Shown: positions 25,701-39,560, numbered from the whole stretch's first letter. The stretch is 63,813 nucleotides of DNA, filler included, from Octopus bimaculoides (GCF_001194135.2; 6 parts of 5 records of this genome joined end to end with filler, not necessarily neighbours in it); one strand, 5' to 3'. Translations and numbers: made by a program. The notes: generated by a model not told the origin, from the sequence alone.

Positions 25701-25967
25701 GGCCATATATAACACTCAATTGCGAGATTGCCACACAATAAACAGCACTTGGGTATGAATAATTGGGTACACTACCAGCAGTATGTACTGGATAGGCAAT
25801 ATCCCTTAGATGGTTGGTTTCCCAACCTCTAACTCACAGAAACATATATATATATATATATATATANNNNNNNNNNNNNNNNNNNNNNNNNNNNNNNNNN
25901 NNNNNNNNNNTTAATTAATTAANNNNNNNNNNNNNNNNNNNNNNNNNNNNNNNNNNNNNNNNNNNNC

Positions 25968-26036
25968 AGCACATACCCAAGGCACACAGAGCTGCGCTCG
26001 GGAGTGAAGTGAAAGCACGTTATAAAAATAAAACTA

Positions 26037-26104
<68 letters not shown>
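25968..26104 (+). mobile_element. R4/Dong LINE 3' UTR end plus (AAT)n tail
   Basis: cagcacatacccaaggc.cacagagctgcgctcg...aaaactactgaataataat is nearly identical to 62533-62615. Confidence 0.8.
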
Positions 26105-26106
<2 letters not shown>

Positions 26107-26960
26107 CTTTGGTTTCAAGTCAAAAACTGGAAGGTATGTTATTTGCTGCTGAGGCTCAGTAGCTTCCATGTAGGAATTGCTTGTTTAATGTTCTGAAGCA
26201 TGAAAGCAGCCTCACGTGCCGCGTATGCAAAGAACATCCTGAGACAACCGACAACATAATCTTCAGATGCAGTTGACTACCAAACAGATAACTTGCAAAG
26301 ACACGACAGGGCAAGCTCAGTACATTGACTGGGTAATATGTCGTTCATATAGCCTGTGGAACACAAATCACCACAAGTCACCCATGCAAAAAGTTGAAGT
26401 TACCATCCTTTAGAATTTCAGTGTTCAAACTGATTGGGAAACACAGGCTGACTGACCAGATATTATTGTGGAAAGGCATGTTGGAAAGAGTTTGTTTTTT
26501 GATAGATATGGCAAAAACACATCTCTGAAAGCATTTGAGAAATTGAGTAAATATAAGAACCTGGAGATAGAAATCAGAAGAATATGGCATCTGAAAAGCA
26601 ACAATATTACCAATTCTTATTGGGACACTTGGAGTAATATCAAAAAGACAAAAGAAATATTCAAACCAATTTCCTGGCAACCTGAAAATAAATGAATTCC
26701 AAAAGATCATATTGAAGGGTACTTATGGATGCCTCACAGATTTTATGTAAATTCCTCTCCTTATAAATGCAATCTTATTCAGTTTTATCATAAATTTTGT
26801 AAATATTTTTTTTAACACAGACATCAGTTTTTCTGTTCCATGGCACCTCACCTGTTTTCATCTTTAACTGGAAAATTCTGTTGTCCCTTGTTGTGTCTAA
26901 TTAAGACTTGAGTTCTGCTTGTATAAACTAAAGCCAAGCATAATAACAATGATGATGATG
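26105..26960 (+). mobile_element. R4/Dong LINE fragment (CCHC zinc knuckle plus RLE)
   Basis: EGMLFAAE, CRVCKEHPETT, PDII motif region, EKLSKYKNLEIEIRRIW; starts immediately after (AAT)n. Confidence 0.8.
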
Positions 26961-26986
26961 ATCATGATCATCATAACAACTATAAT

Positions 26987-27185
26987 AATCCTTTCTACAA
27001 TAGGCACAAGGCCTGGATTTTCTAGGGAGGGGAACAGCCGACCACATCGACCCCAGATCTCAACTGGTACTTAATTTATCGACCCCGAACGGATGAAAGG
27101 CAAAGTCGACCTCGGCTGAATTTGAACTCAGAATTTGAACATAGCAGCAGACGAAATACTGCTGAGTATTTCGCCCGGCGGGACA
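26987..27185 (-). mobile_element. SINE family A (tail type 1)
   Basis: Reverse complement of the consensus. Confidence 0.85.
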
Positions 27186-28163
27186 ACAACTATAATAACG
27201 ATACATATATACATTCATATGTATGCATATAAAAATATAAATACACAGACAGAGGAGGAGGAGGAGGGAGGGAGAGGAGGAGGCGGAGGAGACAGGAACA
27301 GAAGCAGATAGAGAATATATAAGGAGAGAGCAAAATAACATAAAGAGAGGGGAGCCTTTCTTCCAAACCGTGCTTTAGATTGTATTTAGTTTTATCATAA
27401 TTGTTAATAGTTGTTGGCCAGTCTTTCTAATCTCGCAGGTTGTCATAGTTTCTAGATTTATCTATTGATTGTTTAACCTCGACCATAGACGACGCCCGAT
27501 ATCGGCAACACCTCACACAATTTCCGTTCTACAAGAATACTCATCGAAACTGATATATAATACTTTCGCCATTGAAAATCATTTTATATATTCACTGCTT
27601 TTCTTTCCAGCCACCACCACCACCACCACCACAAACCTTTCTCTATACTCCTTGTACACGTTTTCTGGAAGCTGCCCGGACAAATCTATGTTACATTTCA
27701 TAAAGACTAATGTTTATTTTTCTTCTTTTACTCAAAGGATCTCTTATTTTTCTTATTGTATGAGATTATTTATTCACCTACTCACTCCCGTGCCTTCACA
27801 CCTATCTCATTGCTTAACTATCTCCCTCTCTTTCTCTTTCTCTCTCTCTCCCTCTCTCTCTCACACACATTTTCTCTTTATATATATATATATATATATN
27901 NNNNNNNNNNNNNNNNNNNNNNNNNNNNNNNNNNNNNNNNNNNNNNNNNNNNNNNNNNNNNNNNNNNNNNNNNNNNNNNNNNNNNNNNNNNNNNNNNNNN
28001 NNNNNNNNNNNNNNNNNNNNNNNNNNNNNNNNNNNNNNNNNNNNNNNNNNNNNNNNNNNNNNNNNNNNNNNNNNNNNNNNNNNNNNNNNNNNNNNNNNNN
28101 NNNNNNNNNNNNNNNNNNNNNNNNNNNNNNNNNNNNNNNNNNNNNNNNNNNNNNNNNNNNNNN

Positions 28164-28200
<37 letters not shown>

Positions 28201-29652
28201 TATGTGAATTAGTTTTAGAATTCAATTGAATCTAGGCACATCAACAAGTAGGTCGCTAGAAATGGCTAGGTACAATAGCATAGAGTTCTCATGGAGATAA
28301 GTAACAATGAAATTATCAAGTGTTTGTAAGTTTACTGTAGATATGTAAGTACAAAATGCAATTTAAACCGAAGATCCGACTCGAAGTTGGTTCTAAGTGT
28401 AGCAGACAAAACGAACCTTATAAACCCAGAATGCCTAGAATTAACATTAAAGACCACAAACCTAATTTCAGAAATAACCCTAGTATAAGGCTTTTATATG
28501 CCCATCAAAAACAGTTTTAGGTAAGATAAGTAAGGTAATTATGTATAAGTATATATCCTCTCTTGGAAATATAATTAAACTAACACTTTGGTCTAGCTTA
28601 TATGAAGTAATCAACTGGTTTGATAAAATAGAGAGTAAACATGCAAAAAGATTTACACAAATCGACATAAATAGCTACTACTCTTCTATAAACCCCATTT
28701 TTCTTAATAAAGCTCTTTTATTTGCTAGGAAAAACTCTGCACTATCCAGGGAAGAAATAAACGTAATTTTAGCGGCAAGAAAGTCAATTATAAAATTTGA
28801 GAATAAGTAGTACTGGGTAAGGAAGGATACTAATGACTACTTTGATATAACAATGGGATCAACGGACTCGATACATGTCACCGATCTGGTGGGTGAAAAG
28901 TGCATCATCCCTGTATAGACCACCTCCAAGCTCAGGAAATTTCCTTGTTTACAAAATATGTAGGAAATTTCCTGAGCTTGGAGGTGGTCTATACAGGGAT
29001 GATGCACTTTTCATCCTGGATAACCACTCTAATAGCCAAATCGAGCAGTGTAAGAAAAGATTATTCAAATTCTTTAGAGCTATAAGACTATTAATATCTA
29101 TTGAAAATGAACATAATTCTGCTAACTTCCTCGATATCAATTTAGATCTCGGTGAAAGTAAATACAAACCATACCATAAACCGACCACTAGCTTAGAATA
29201 CATAAATAGAAACAGCAATCTTTCTAGCAACATAACAGCGAAAATAGTAGAAAATGCTTCATCACGTATTTCAAACCTATCGACGGACGAAGAAGTATTT
29301 AAACAGAACGAAGACTATTATAACTTGGCATTTAGTAAGGCAGGATATAAAGGAGAGTTGAAATTTAACAAAAAGAAACATGGAACCTGGCGAGGTTAAT
29401 AAAGGAAATAACTTTAACACCGAAGGTAATAATAAGGTATACAATTATAATAGTAGTAGAGATAAAGATAGGAAAAATAAATTGATGTTTCGTAAAGCGA
29501 AAAATACCAAAAACATTCATATAACAGAACCGAAGAAAATAAAAGGAATTACGATTAATAAAAATTCTGCTAAAAAGTTCTATAAAAGAAATAATAATAG
29601 GAATGGAAGCCAAACTATTACGAAATGCAATAATAACAACAAAAATAGACCA

Positions 29653-30365
29653 TTTCATCTCAGGATATCCTGTGCTGACACCAAACGAATACAAAAATCG
29701 CCACAATAAGGTAGGACAGTATTTACATTGGAAAATATGTTAACACTACAAAATCAGCACTCCTGCTTACTGGTATAAACATCATCCTGAGCCAGTCGTT
29801 GAAGGTAAAAATTTCACTATCCTCTGAGATTTTCCAGTCAACACTAACAGAACGATCCAGGCTAATCGACCAGACATAATCATTAAAGATGGAGAAGAAA
29901 ATACTTGTAGACTAATAGATGTAAGTGTTCCCACTGATAAATATATATCTGTAAAGGAATTTCACAAATTAAGTAAATATAAGAACATAGAAATTGAAAT
30001 CCAAAAGATGTGGCATCTTAAAGCGAGAACTGTTCCTGTTATTGTGGGTGCCCTAGGTATGATAAAAAGGGATGTCGGAAACATCTAGAAAAGATCTCAG
30101 GAGAACCATGTCTCAGAGAAATCCAAAAGATTGTGCTGACAAGTACTGCCCACATCCTTAGCAAAACCCTATCAATTAAAATGCCTGTGTTGTAATAAAT
30201 GAAGATATTTCGCTACTGTCCCCTGCTACTGTCCCCTCCCCAAGCTTTCAGTCATACTGTAGCATCTCTTATCCTTCACTCACCCTAGGACGCTGGGTGT
30301 GTATCGACGAGTGATTGTAATAAACATGCGGATTAAAAGTAAAAAATTATTATTATTATTATTAT
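29653..30365 (+). mobile_element. R4/Dong LINE 3' fragment with RLE, inserted in the PLE
   Basis: YKNRHNKVGQYLHWKIC, ANRPDIIIKD, LIDVSVPTD, KLSKYKNIEIEI, VPVIVGALG, IQKIVL; (ATT)n tail. Confidence 0.9.
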
Positions 30366-30379
30366 TTTATCTTTTATAA

Positions 30380-30520
30380 CAGGTTTTGTTGGAGCTCCTG
30401 GAGTCTTGCATTCGTAACGGGTTTACTACCAGCAGCCTACGGTGCCATGTTATTCGTTCTTTTCAGCTTTCTAATACTTTCCTGATTCTTCTGGCCGTGC
30501 CAAGGCAGCAAACCTTTCGT
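30380..30520 (-). mobile_element. R4/Dong LINE extreme 3' fragment
   Basis: Minus strand LLRKVCCLGTARRIRKVLES*. Confidence 0.65.
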
Positions 30521-30599
30521 AACAGTTTTATTATTATTATCATCATCATTATTATTATTATTATTAGTGTTGTTATTGTTGTTGTTGTTGTTGTTGCCT

Positions 30600-30995
30600 T
30601 TGCACTGCTTCTAACGCTGGAGATGTACTACAGTGTCAGCTGTTCACAACCAGTGAACTAAGGTAACACCTCTTATTTTTCGAGCACCTTCCGGAGTATT
30701 CAAGCGGTTCCAAGCAGTGCTATTTTCTGCAAGTGCTCCACCCTTATTGAATCCCCCATTTGTACCACGTACTTCTCGAGATTTTTGCTCACTGTTCCCA
30801 GGGTTCCGACAATTATTGGTACTACTGCTACCTTTCTCATCGACCACAACTGCTTAGCTTCCCAAGCTAACCTGTCATATCTATCGACTTTTCTTTCTTC
30901 CTTATCGCATACCTTGTTTTCAGCTGGGCATGCTGGATCTATGATCTAGCATAGTTTCTTTTCTTTCTTAATGAAGACTATGTCCGGCTTCCTAT
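30600..30995 (-). mobile_element. R4/Dong LINE RLE fragment
   Basis: Minus strand KPDIVF, IIDPACPAENKV, YDRLAWE, VVPIIVGTLG, LQKIALLGTA*ILRKVL. Confidence 0.85.
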
Positions 30996-31029
30996 TATTA
31001 TTATTGTTGTTATTATTATTATTATTATT

Positions 31030-32451
31030 TTATGTTTGACTTTTGTTTTGCATTTGTACAAGTTGGATCCAAGTCTCACCCAGAGACCTCAAGAGACAAC
31101 AAGTTACAAGTTCATGTAGGTGTTATGCCTAGGGTACCATATATTTGGATTTGTACAGTTTTGTTCTAGTGAATGTTTAAGAAACCATAAGAAAATTATG
31201 TGTTTGCTTTAAAATTTGAGATCACATAGACAGTATTTTACGTAGGATATGGGCAGTTCCCATGAGCACTATCTTTTGAACTTCAGCCATTTTGGGGTTT
31301 CCTGGTATCTGAGTAATCNNNNNNNNNNNNNNNNNNNNNNNNNNNNNNNNNNNNNNNNNNNNNNNNNNNNNNNNNNNNNNNNNNNNNNNNNNNNNNNNNN
31401 NNNNNNNNNNNNNNNNNNNNNNNNNNNNNNNNNNNNNNNNNNNNNNNNNNNNNNNNNNNNNNNNNNNNNNNNNNNNNNNNNNNNNNNNNNNNNNNNNNNN
31501 NNNNNNNNNNNNNNNNNNNNNNNNNNNNNNNNNNNNNNNNNNNNNNNNNNNNNNNNNNNNNNNNNNNNNNNNNNNNNNNNNNNNNNNNNNNNNNNNNNNN
31601 NNNNNNNNNNNNNNNNNNNNNNNNNNNNNNNNNNNNNNNNNNNNNNNNNNNNNNNNNNNNNNNNNNNNNNNNNNNNNNNNNNNNNNNNNNNNNNNNNNNN
31701 NNNNNNNNNNNNNNNNNNNNNNNNNNNNNNNNNNNNNNNNNNNNNNNNNNNNNNNNNNNNNNNNNNNNNNNNNNNNNNNNNNNNNNNNNNNNNNNNNNNN
31801 NNNNNNNNNNNNNNNNNNNNNNNNNNNNNNNNNNNNNNNNNNNNNNNNNNNNNNNNNNNNNNNNNNNNNNNNNNNNNNNNNNNNNNNNNNNNNNNNNNNN
31901 NNNNNNNNNNNNNNNNNNNNNNNNNNNNNNNNNNNNNNNNNNNNNNNNNNNNNNNNNNNNNNNNNNNNNNNNNNNNNNNNNNNNNNNNNNNNNNNNNNNN
32001 NNNNNNNNNNNNNNNNNNNNNNNNNNNNNNNNNNNNNNNNNNNNNNNNNNNNNNNNNNNNNNNNNNNNNNNNNNNNNNNNNNNNNNNNNNNNNNNNNNNN
32101 NNNNNNNNNNNNNNNNNNNNNNNNNNNNNNNNNNNNNNNNNNNNNNNNNNNNNNNNNNNNNNNNNNNNNNNNNNNNNNNNNNNNNNNNNNNNNNNNNNNN
32201 NNNNNNNNNNNNNNNNNNNNNNNNNNNNNNNNGCATTCTATGCATTGTCAACAGTTTTCGTATTTTTCTGTCAACATTACATATTTCAGTAATTGACCAG
32301 TTAACGATATTGAAACTGTAAGTCACGACTGGTATGGCTAGAGCATTGATCGCTTCGATCCTGTTTCTCGCGTTCAGCTCTGTCTTTAGTATTGCTCTCA
32401 CCCTGCGATAACATTCTCTTCTAATCCTTTCCCTCATCACTGAATGCTTGA

Positions 32452-32455
<4 letters not shown>
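31030..32455 (-). mobile_element. R4/Dong LINE, 5'-truncated, spanning a gap
   Basis: RECYRRVRAILKTELNARNRIEAINALAIPVVTYSF before the gap; EVQKIVLMGTAHILRKILSM* after it. Confidence 0.85.
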
Positions 32456-32524
<69 letters not shown>

Positions 32525-33092
32525 CATTATTATTATTATAACAATAATAATAATGATAACAATATAGTAGGTGACGAATATTAGATAAAACGGAATAAAT
32601 ATATAAGTAAAAGATGTAAGAAGAACACCCCTAGTATAAATAAGAATAGCTTTTTTAAAAATACACCTAATAATAATACTGAATGGTTTATTATTCCATT
32701 TAGAAAATAAATTAGCACGAACATTCCGAAATTATTTTATTGGGCAGTAAATAAACATTTTCCTATAAGTAGCTAGTATTATAAAATCTTCAACTCGGAT
32801 CTAGTAAGAATTGCTTTTTCGAATCCAAAGAACATGGCACAAATAATAGCAACGCAAAATATGAAAAGATTAAATTATTTCTAGGATAAGCAGATTAACT
32901 ATAACATAAATATATTACCTAATAGTAATGAAACGTAAATAAAGATAAAAAGGAAAATGAACCAAGGGAAATAACTGCTGTAAATACCATCCAAGCATAT
33001 GAACAGGGAAACAAAAATGCTAAAAAGAGCAGCATAACAAGAGCAAATATCCATAGTGAAAATAGTAACCTACGGCATGGAAACAGCGAAAT

Positions 33093-33210
33093 GAAGAAGA
33101 AGAAGAAGAAGAAGAAGAAGAAGAAGAAGAAGAAGAAGAAGAAGAAGAAGAAGAAGAAGAAGAAGAAGAAGAAGAAGAAGAAGAACAACAACAACAACAA
33201 CAACAACAAC
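33093..33210. repeat. (GAA)31 followed by (CAA)n inside the PLE
   Basis: Seen directly. Confidence 0.95.
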
Positions 33211-34440
33211 AGAGACGCTGTGAATAATAACCTAAAATTGAAGATCAAGAAGCGGAATGTAAATTAGAAGATAAAAGGGGAAGAAAGAAGAACAGAAATG
33301 ATCAGGAAGGAAAACAAGCTATAAAAACTAGAGTTATAATTTTTTTTAAAAATGTGATTGCACAATAAATAGATTGTCCCCTTGAATGTAACTGCAAAAT
33401 TAAAGAAACTGTATACAGGTCAAAGTAATCTCAGAAGGTCAGGTATATTATTATATCGGTGCTTGCGAAACATATATAAAAAGAATTGCCATTCACGATA
33501 ACTCATTTAAAGACTGCAAAAAGAGGAATACCACTAGTTTAATTAAACTAATTTTGTCCTTAAAAGATAATAATAAAGAATATAAAATTACCTGGGAAGT
33601 AATTAGTAGAGCCAAACCATATAGTAGAGGAAGCAAACGGTGTAAATTGTGTATGGAAGAAATTTACCAAATTCTTACATCAAAATTCAAATTAATAAAC
33701 TATAGACGCGAGAGTGCATACGTTGTATTCTTCAAGATAAACATAAGTTTCATAGATTTCAATAAGTGCACAATATATAATATTAAAATTAGAATTGAAA
33801 TCAAGTAAACCATAGCAAGTTGAATGGGTTATTAAATATAAACTCCTACATAAATTAACCTTATTCTAAGGATTATAGAACACTTCGGGAATAAATTAAC
33901 GATATCCTTAGATTCAAATAAATTGCATTTAATTATAAATTAGCAAATTAAATAATAGACTTATAGCTCATTTCTAATAACATTAACAATAATAATAAGA
34001 GTAGTACAAGCAGCAATACTAATGAGATGGATGATAATAACAGTAAAAGACATACTTAAGGTAACCTGATATTAAGCATTGATACTGCCACTCGCCATTT
34101 ACGGATGGTCTATGTCTGTAGAATACTAGAGTTCCTTGGGCAGCGAGTCATTTTGTTTTTAACCAGCAGACTTACAAGGGTCAGGATCTAGGCTATTTTT
34201 GGAACAATGGCAGCACCGCGTGCATTTCGGCTGGACTTGTATTTAATTTAGATTCTATCTGAACAATGCGGTTGACTCCACCCTGAAGACGTGGCAATTA
34301 ACAATAAGTGCACATTAGGATGCAAATTTCGCAGTGTACATTAGTTGCTGTAGAAATATGTGTAGGTGCAGAAATGAAAAGAATTAACTGCTGAATAAAA
34401 CTGTATATAAATCTGTTATATGTATGTATGTATGTATGTA

Positions 34441-34529
<89 letters not shown>

Positions 34530-34600
34530 NNNNNNNNNNNNNNNNNNNNNNNNNNNNNNNNNNNNNNNNNNNNNNNNNNNNNNNNNNGTTTGTGTGTGTG

Positions 34601-34653
<53 letters not shown>

Positions 34654-36021
34654 ATACATATACATAAATACAGATAGGCAGACAGACAGATAGATAAATA
34701 AATAAAATTTAGAATGGAGAAAATCACATCTTTAATTGATGATTATTGATTACACAATGACAATCATCTTTTTGTGTCAGGGTATTTAGATTATATAGAA
34801 AATATCGGTGAAATTAATAAATCCGAAAATATATGTTACCAGAATCTAAAATTGGTCAAATTGAAAGTGAACTAAGAAAATATCTCTAATAGACGAATGC
34901 ATGCAAAAGGAACGTTAGGAAGAAATATAATATTCTAAGAAAAGTCGGTTTAGTATTTAACTTTTGATGACGTCAGTAGATGTCGAAAAAATAAAAAATA
35001 AACATAGAAATTCTACGTCACGACAATTAGTTATCTATCTATTAAATATGCGAAACATTTTTAGAAAAATTATGAATATTATATTATTTGAAAAGCAATT
35101 ATAATTAATGGGTTATTTAGAATTGAAATATTTAAATGCCTTTCTTTATTTCTGAGGACATTTCAATGTAAAATTACCTTTATAATTTAATAATATTAAT
35201 TTTGAAATAATTATATAACATATTTCCTCAGAAAGATCACATTTAAAATTACCTAGCTTCCTTATATAGGAAAATTTTGAACGGCAAAAATGAAATCGTG
35301 TGACATACGTTTCTTTATGAACTTAAGCAATGCAGGAGAAATGGAATGAATAAAATCCAGAATCGGAACTTACTCTCAGACTCTGTTATCAAAGCGTTTC
35401 TTCTACTCTTAAACACTTACCTTGCAATTATTACCATATTTAGCCAGTAGTACTCGTAGAAATTCTACGGTTAATTTGGAAACAATAAAATTATTGGGAT
35501 AATTTATAAATTCATAGTTTCTTTTCAAATTGTACTTCTTCTGACGTGTTTGATTCTTCAGACAGTAAAATATACCATAGGTGGTACTGAAGGTGCAGAC
35601 TTAGAAGAGAAAATCTTCGAAAACTATTCGTTGTACTCCTGTCACCTTAGAAATAAATCGTAATCGATCTTTTTTTTTAAGATGTAAGTTATCTTAAATA
35701 TAAAAGTAAGCCCAAATCATGATTTATTCATAATACTATTCTGCTATGGTACGACTACGGTGTCAAAACTTGAATAAATCTTAAAACTTTGTACTACATC
35801 CTCCTTTCATATCAGAGTAAAGTACACATGGCCGGGTCTTAACGCAGAATTGCTGTAAAAGAAATACAATAGCCGTCCTACTGAGCTATCGCACACACGC
35901 ACACATATATACGTGTATGTGCATTCACACCCACACCCACACACATACTCACACAATACACAAACACAGACGCGCGCACACACAGGCTCACACACATATT
36001 CATACACACATGCATACATAC

Positions 36022-37200
36022 AACAGTGATGTTGACAAGCTCTACCTAAGAAGAAATGAAGGTGGTAGAGGCCTGAGATCAGTGCAGACGGCCTTCTAAT
36101 GCCGTATGGTATTACCCAGGCAGCACCTGCTGAACAACAGCAGCAAAAATAAATATATAAGTGCAGTGCTGAAAAGTGAAGTGAGCCACATTGTACGACT
36201 TGACAGTGAGCTACTCAAGAAGCACTCTCTTCCTGATGATCTCCTCTACAGCCCCAAAACAGCTGGGCTCTCTCACCTCAGAGAAGACCTGGATGGAAAG
36301 CACTCAGCATACAAAAAAAAGAAGACTAAGCATGGGTATGTTGTCCCGAAGTTTGAAGAAGATAATAGAATTGGCACAAAGCGCAGCCTCTCTTGGACAC
36401 AAGTCCACTACATCACATCACACTTTGAAGGCTATGCGTTTGCAATCCAGGAAGAGGAGATTTCCACAAAGTACCTGGTGAACAACAGAGACAGTGACGC
36501 TCTTGTAATCCCAAGGTGCAACTGCATGTGTAGGCCATGTCATGCTTCTGTGGAAGACATCACGCACGTGATTAGCAGCTGTCCTAAAATGTCGTCATGA
36601 TACTACCTCCCTATGCGGTACGATGCTGTTGCTAAAGCAAGTTACAATGCCATCTGCATGAAGGACTGTCCTGAAATAAACTTAGAAAATCCCTCTGTTA
36701 TGGAACACATTCATAAACACCAACTCAAGGAATAATGGTGGAATATTCCCATCAAAACTTCAGTCAAGTGTAAACGTAACAGGCCGGATATTGTTGTTTG
36801 GGACAGAAGAGAAAAGGTATGTACCATCATAGACGTTAGCTACCCTGCAGATATAAATATCGCTTTGAAAATCAAAGAAAAACGTGATGTCTATGGAAAA
36901 CTGCTTCGAAAACTCCAGCTTCTATATCCAAACTATGAATTCATATTCGTACCAATAATAATTGGAGCACAAGGTTTTGTTAGTAAATACTGAAAGGAGA
37001 ATCGGGATAAAGTGGGATTTTCAGAAAGAGAAATCGACCGGTTAATCCGTACATTACAAGCGCAACCTGTGAGTGGAACAGTAAAACTATACTAGTTCCA
37101 AATGTGAATTTGTCTGTGTTAACGACATCCCAAAGATGGAGCCTTGTATCTTTGTCAGAAATCGGTTCCCTCCTCAGTGGAAGATTTATAATAATTAAAA
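36022..37200 (+). mobile_element. R4/Dong LINE fragment (thumb, CCHC, RLE)
   Basis: DVDKLYLRRNEGGRGL, FEGYAFAIQEEEI, CRPCHASVEDITHVISSC, NRPDIVVWD, IIDVSYPAD, FVPIIIGA. Confidence 0.9.
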
Positions 37201-37299
37201 ATATAGAAGAGACATACATACATATATAATTTAGAATTTTCAATTATTTTACGAATGATATAAATATATGTATATATATATATATGTTGTGTCTATAAT

Positions 37300-38586
37300 A
37301 CATTATGCTTTTCATTTCGTCCCAAGCGTTCATTGCATAGACCTTAACAGAATAACTTCATAGATGTGGAAATTTTATTCATCAAAGTAAGCGCCATTAC
37401 AATCAACACATTTTTGCCAACGAGTTACAAGTCTGTTTATTCCGGTAACATAAAAATCTGGAATTCTGGAGCTGATGAACTCTTTGAACGCACTTTTAGC
37501 ATCGGTTTGATTTTTGAACTCTTTCTCTCGCATCCCACAGGAAACCATCAAGGTGCTTGAAAAAGTGGTAGTCGGGAGGAGAAAGGCCTGGGGAATAAGT
37601 TGGGTGGGGAAGAACTTCGTAGCCAACTTCCCTCGACTTCTGAAGCGTCATTAGTGAAATGTGTGGTCGAGTATTGTCATGAAGAATGATTGGCCCTCTT
37701 CTGTTGACCGGCCCGGGACGGAGGAGTGGCAGTTTTTCATTCATTTTGGCACTTTCGTGACAATATGTTTCTGCAGTAATGGTTTTTATATGTTTTAAGA
37801 AGTTATAGTGGATGAGTCCAACAGTACACCACCAAACAATCACCAGAACCTTCTCTTTGAAAATCTCGGGCCTAGGGAAGGTTTTCGGTGCTTCATTTTG
37901 GTCCAACCACTGCAAAGAACATTTTTTATTGTTATACAGAATCCACTTTTCATCGCAAGTTACAATACGGTCAAGAAATGGTTTGGTTTGATTACAGAGA
38001 AGACGCGACGAGCAAATTTCATATCTGCACATTTTCTGATTTTCATTTAAATCTTGTGGTACCTTATTTGTCGAGCTTTTTTATTTTTCGATTGCATGCA
38101 AATGGTTGCAGGCAGTTTTCTGGCTAATTTTTGCCAGTTCTCGAGTGGTTTTACGTGGATCTTTCTCAATGACGGTCTTTAATTGATCGCCATCGATGAC
38201 AGATGGGCGTCCACTATGCTCATGATCTTCAAGGCTCAGGTTTCCACTGCCAAATCGCTTAAACCGTTTTCGAGCTGACCACTCACTGGTCATTTCCTCA
38301 CCAAACGTTTCGTTGATATCGTGAACAGTTCAGCTGCTTTGCGTCCTTTTTTTGAAGTCGAGTAGCAAAATTGCTCGAATATTGCGCTTTGACAGTTCCA
38401 TTTCAGATGATTGTAACAAAGGAGAAAAATAATATTAATGTTAATTTATTGATGCATTTGGGCAAGTCTATGACTGTATTATCAGACAATTGCAAAAAAA
38501 GGTTTTAAAAAATTCAAAACACTCCAAAAATCCAGTACAAATGCTTCATGGTTCAAAACGTTGCTTACTTTTTATTCAACCTGATA
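37300..38586 (-). mobile_element. Mariner (DD34D) transposon, decayed; one TIR recognisable
   Basis: TA-tcaggttgaataaaaagtaa end at 38584; TCDEKWILYNN, LHDNTRPH, HPTYSPGLSPPDYHFF. Confidence 0.92.
37375..38402 (-). pseudogene. Frameshifted mariner transposase
   Basis: Three ORF pieces (38081-38293, 37496-38032, 37375-37626) are colinear with HTH then D,D,D motifs. Confidence 0.9.
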
Positions 38587-38694
38587 GATTATGTTTTCGA
38601 TTGCCTTCCATAGTTAAATCCTTACATACATAGACTCCTGTTGTATAAAATTTTGGTTGCTACCGCGTTCTCTCCTGCTCTCTCCTCTCTTGCC

Positions 38695-38739
<45 letters not shown>

Positions 38740-39409
38740 GACGCACTCATTTTATTTCATTTCTCTCTCCTTCATTTCTCTTTCATTTCCTTCTCTTCTT
38801 TCTCTTTCTCTCTTCCATTTTCCTTCCTTCCTCCTCCTCTCTCTCCCCATCTCTCTCTCTCCCTCCTAAAACATTACATTTAATGTCACTTATCTCTGTT
38901 CAACTAAGCCTGATATATTTTCACTCCTACCAAACCTGACTCGTATAAAACACACCTACAACACCAATATACTCATTCATCTCCCCCAATTTATCCTCAC
39001 AGAACAGAACCTCGAAATTAATTGTTACATCTTCACACGTTATTCTCTCATTAAAATATATTACAATGTATTTCCATTCAACAATAATTCGATTATATTC
39101 TCACTCACGTTTACATTCTCCAGCATTGGTTTATAGTCAATATTTGAAACCAACCTCCTAATTAACTTATGCTGCTAAAATTCTTGTAATTAATTAAGAT
39201 AGCAATGATTGTCTTTCAAAATTTAAATAACAATTCCTGGGGTCCCTTGCCAATTGTTGAAGTAGAATACAGTAAAATATATCGGCCCCAGTGCGTAAAG
39301 GTGTGTTAATAAACGTAGAAGATGACGGTTGAAGCCGAGTCGGGTGGACTTTGAAATCAGAACTAAGATGGTGAGACTTAATGAATATTAATATAAACAT
39401 GAAGCCAGC

Positions 39410-39560
39410 AACTTTAGGAAAATGGATTAATCGATGCGAACGATCTCTGTACTTGGCTGTTACTTTATTTTATCGACTCCGAAAGGATGACAAGAAAAGA
39501 TGATGTAAGCAGAATTTGAACTCAGAATATAAAGAGCCATAAGACAATTTAAAACTCTAG
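39410..39560 (-). mobile_element. Degenerate SINE family A
   Basis: ttttatcgactccgaaaggatga...gaatttgaactcagaat. Confidence 0.6.

Larger units (their letters stand above)
28380..33800 (+). mobile_element. Penelope-like element (RT, linker, GIY-YIG), decayed and interrupted by LINEs at about 29653-32455
   Basis: RT: KDHKPNFRNNP, WFDKI, FTQIDINSYYSSI, FDITMGS, GGLYRDD, NFLDINLDL, YKPYHKP. Linker at 32680: WFIIPF..VNKHFP..KIFN. Endonuclease at 33370: CPLECNC, YIGACET, ITWEVISRAKPYSRGSKRCKLCMEE. Confidence 0.85.

Noticed and set aside
34150-34290. Exon-like island (minus strand QPKCTRCCHCSKNSLDPDP|gtaagt; plus strand QTYKGQDLGYFWNNG)
   Set aside because: Weak acceptor or in-frame stops and no recognisable family; not enough support to call
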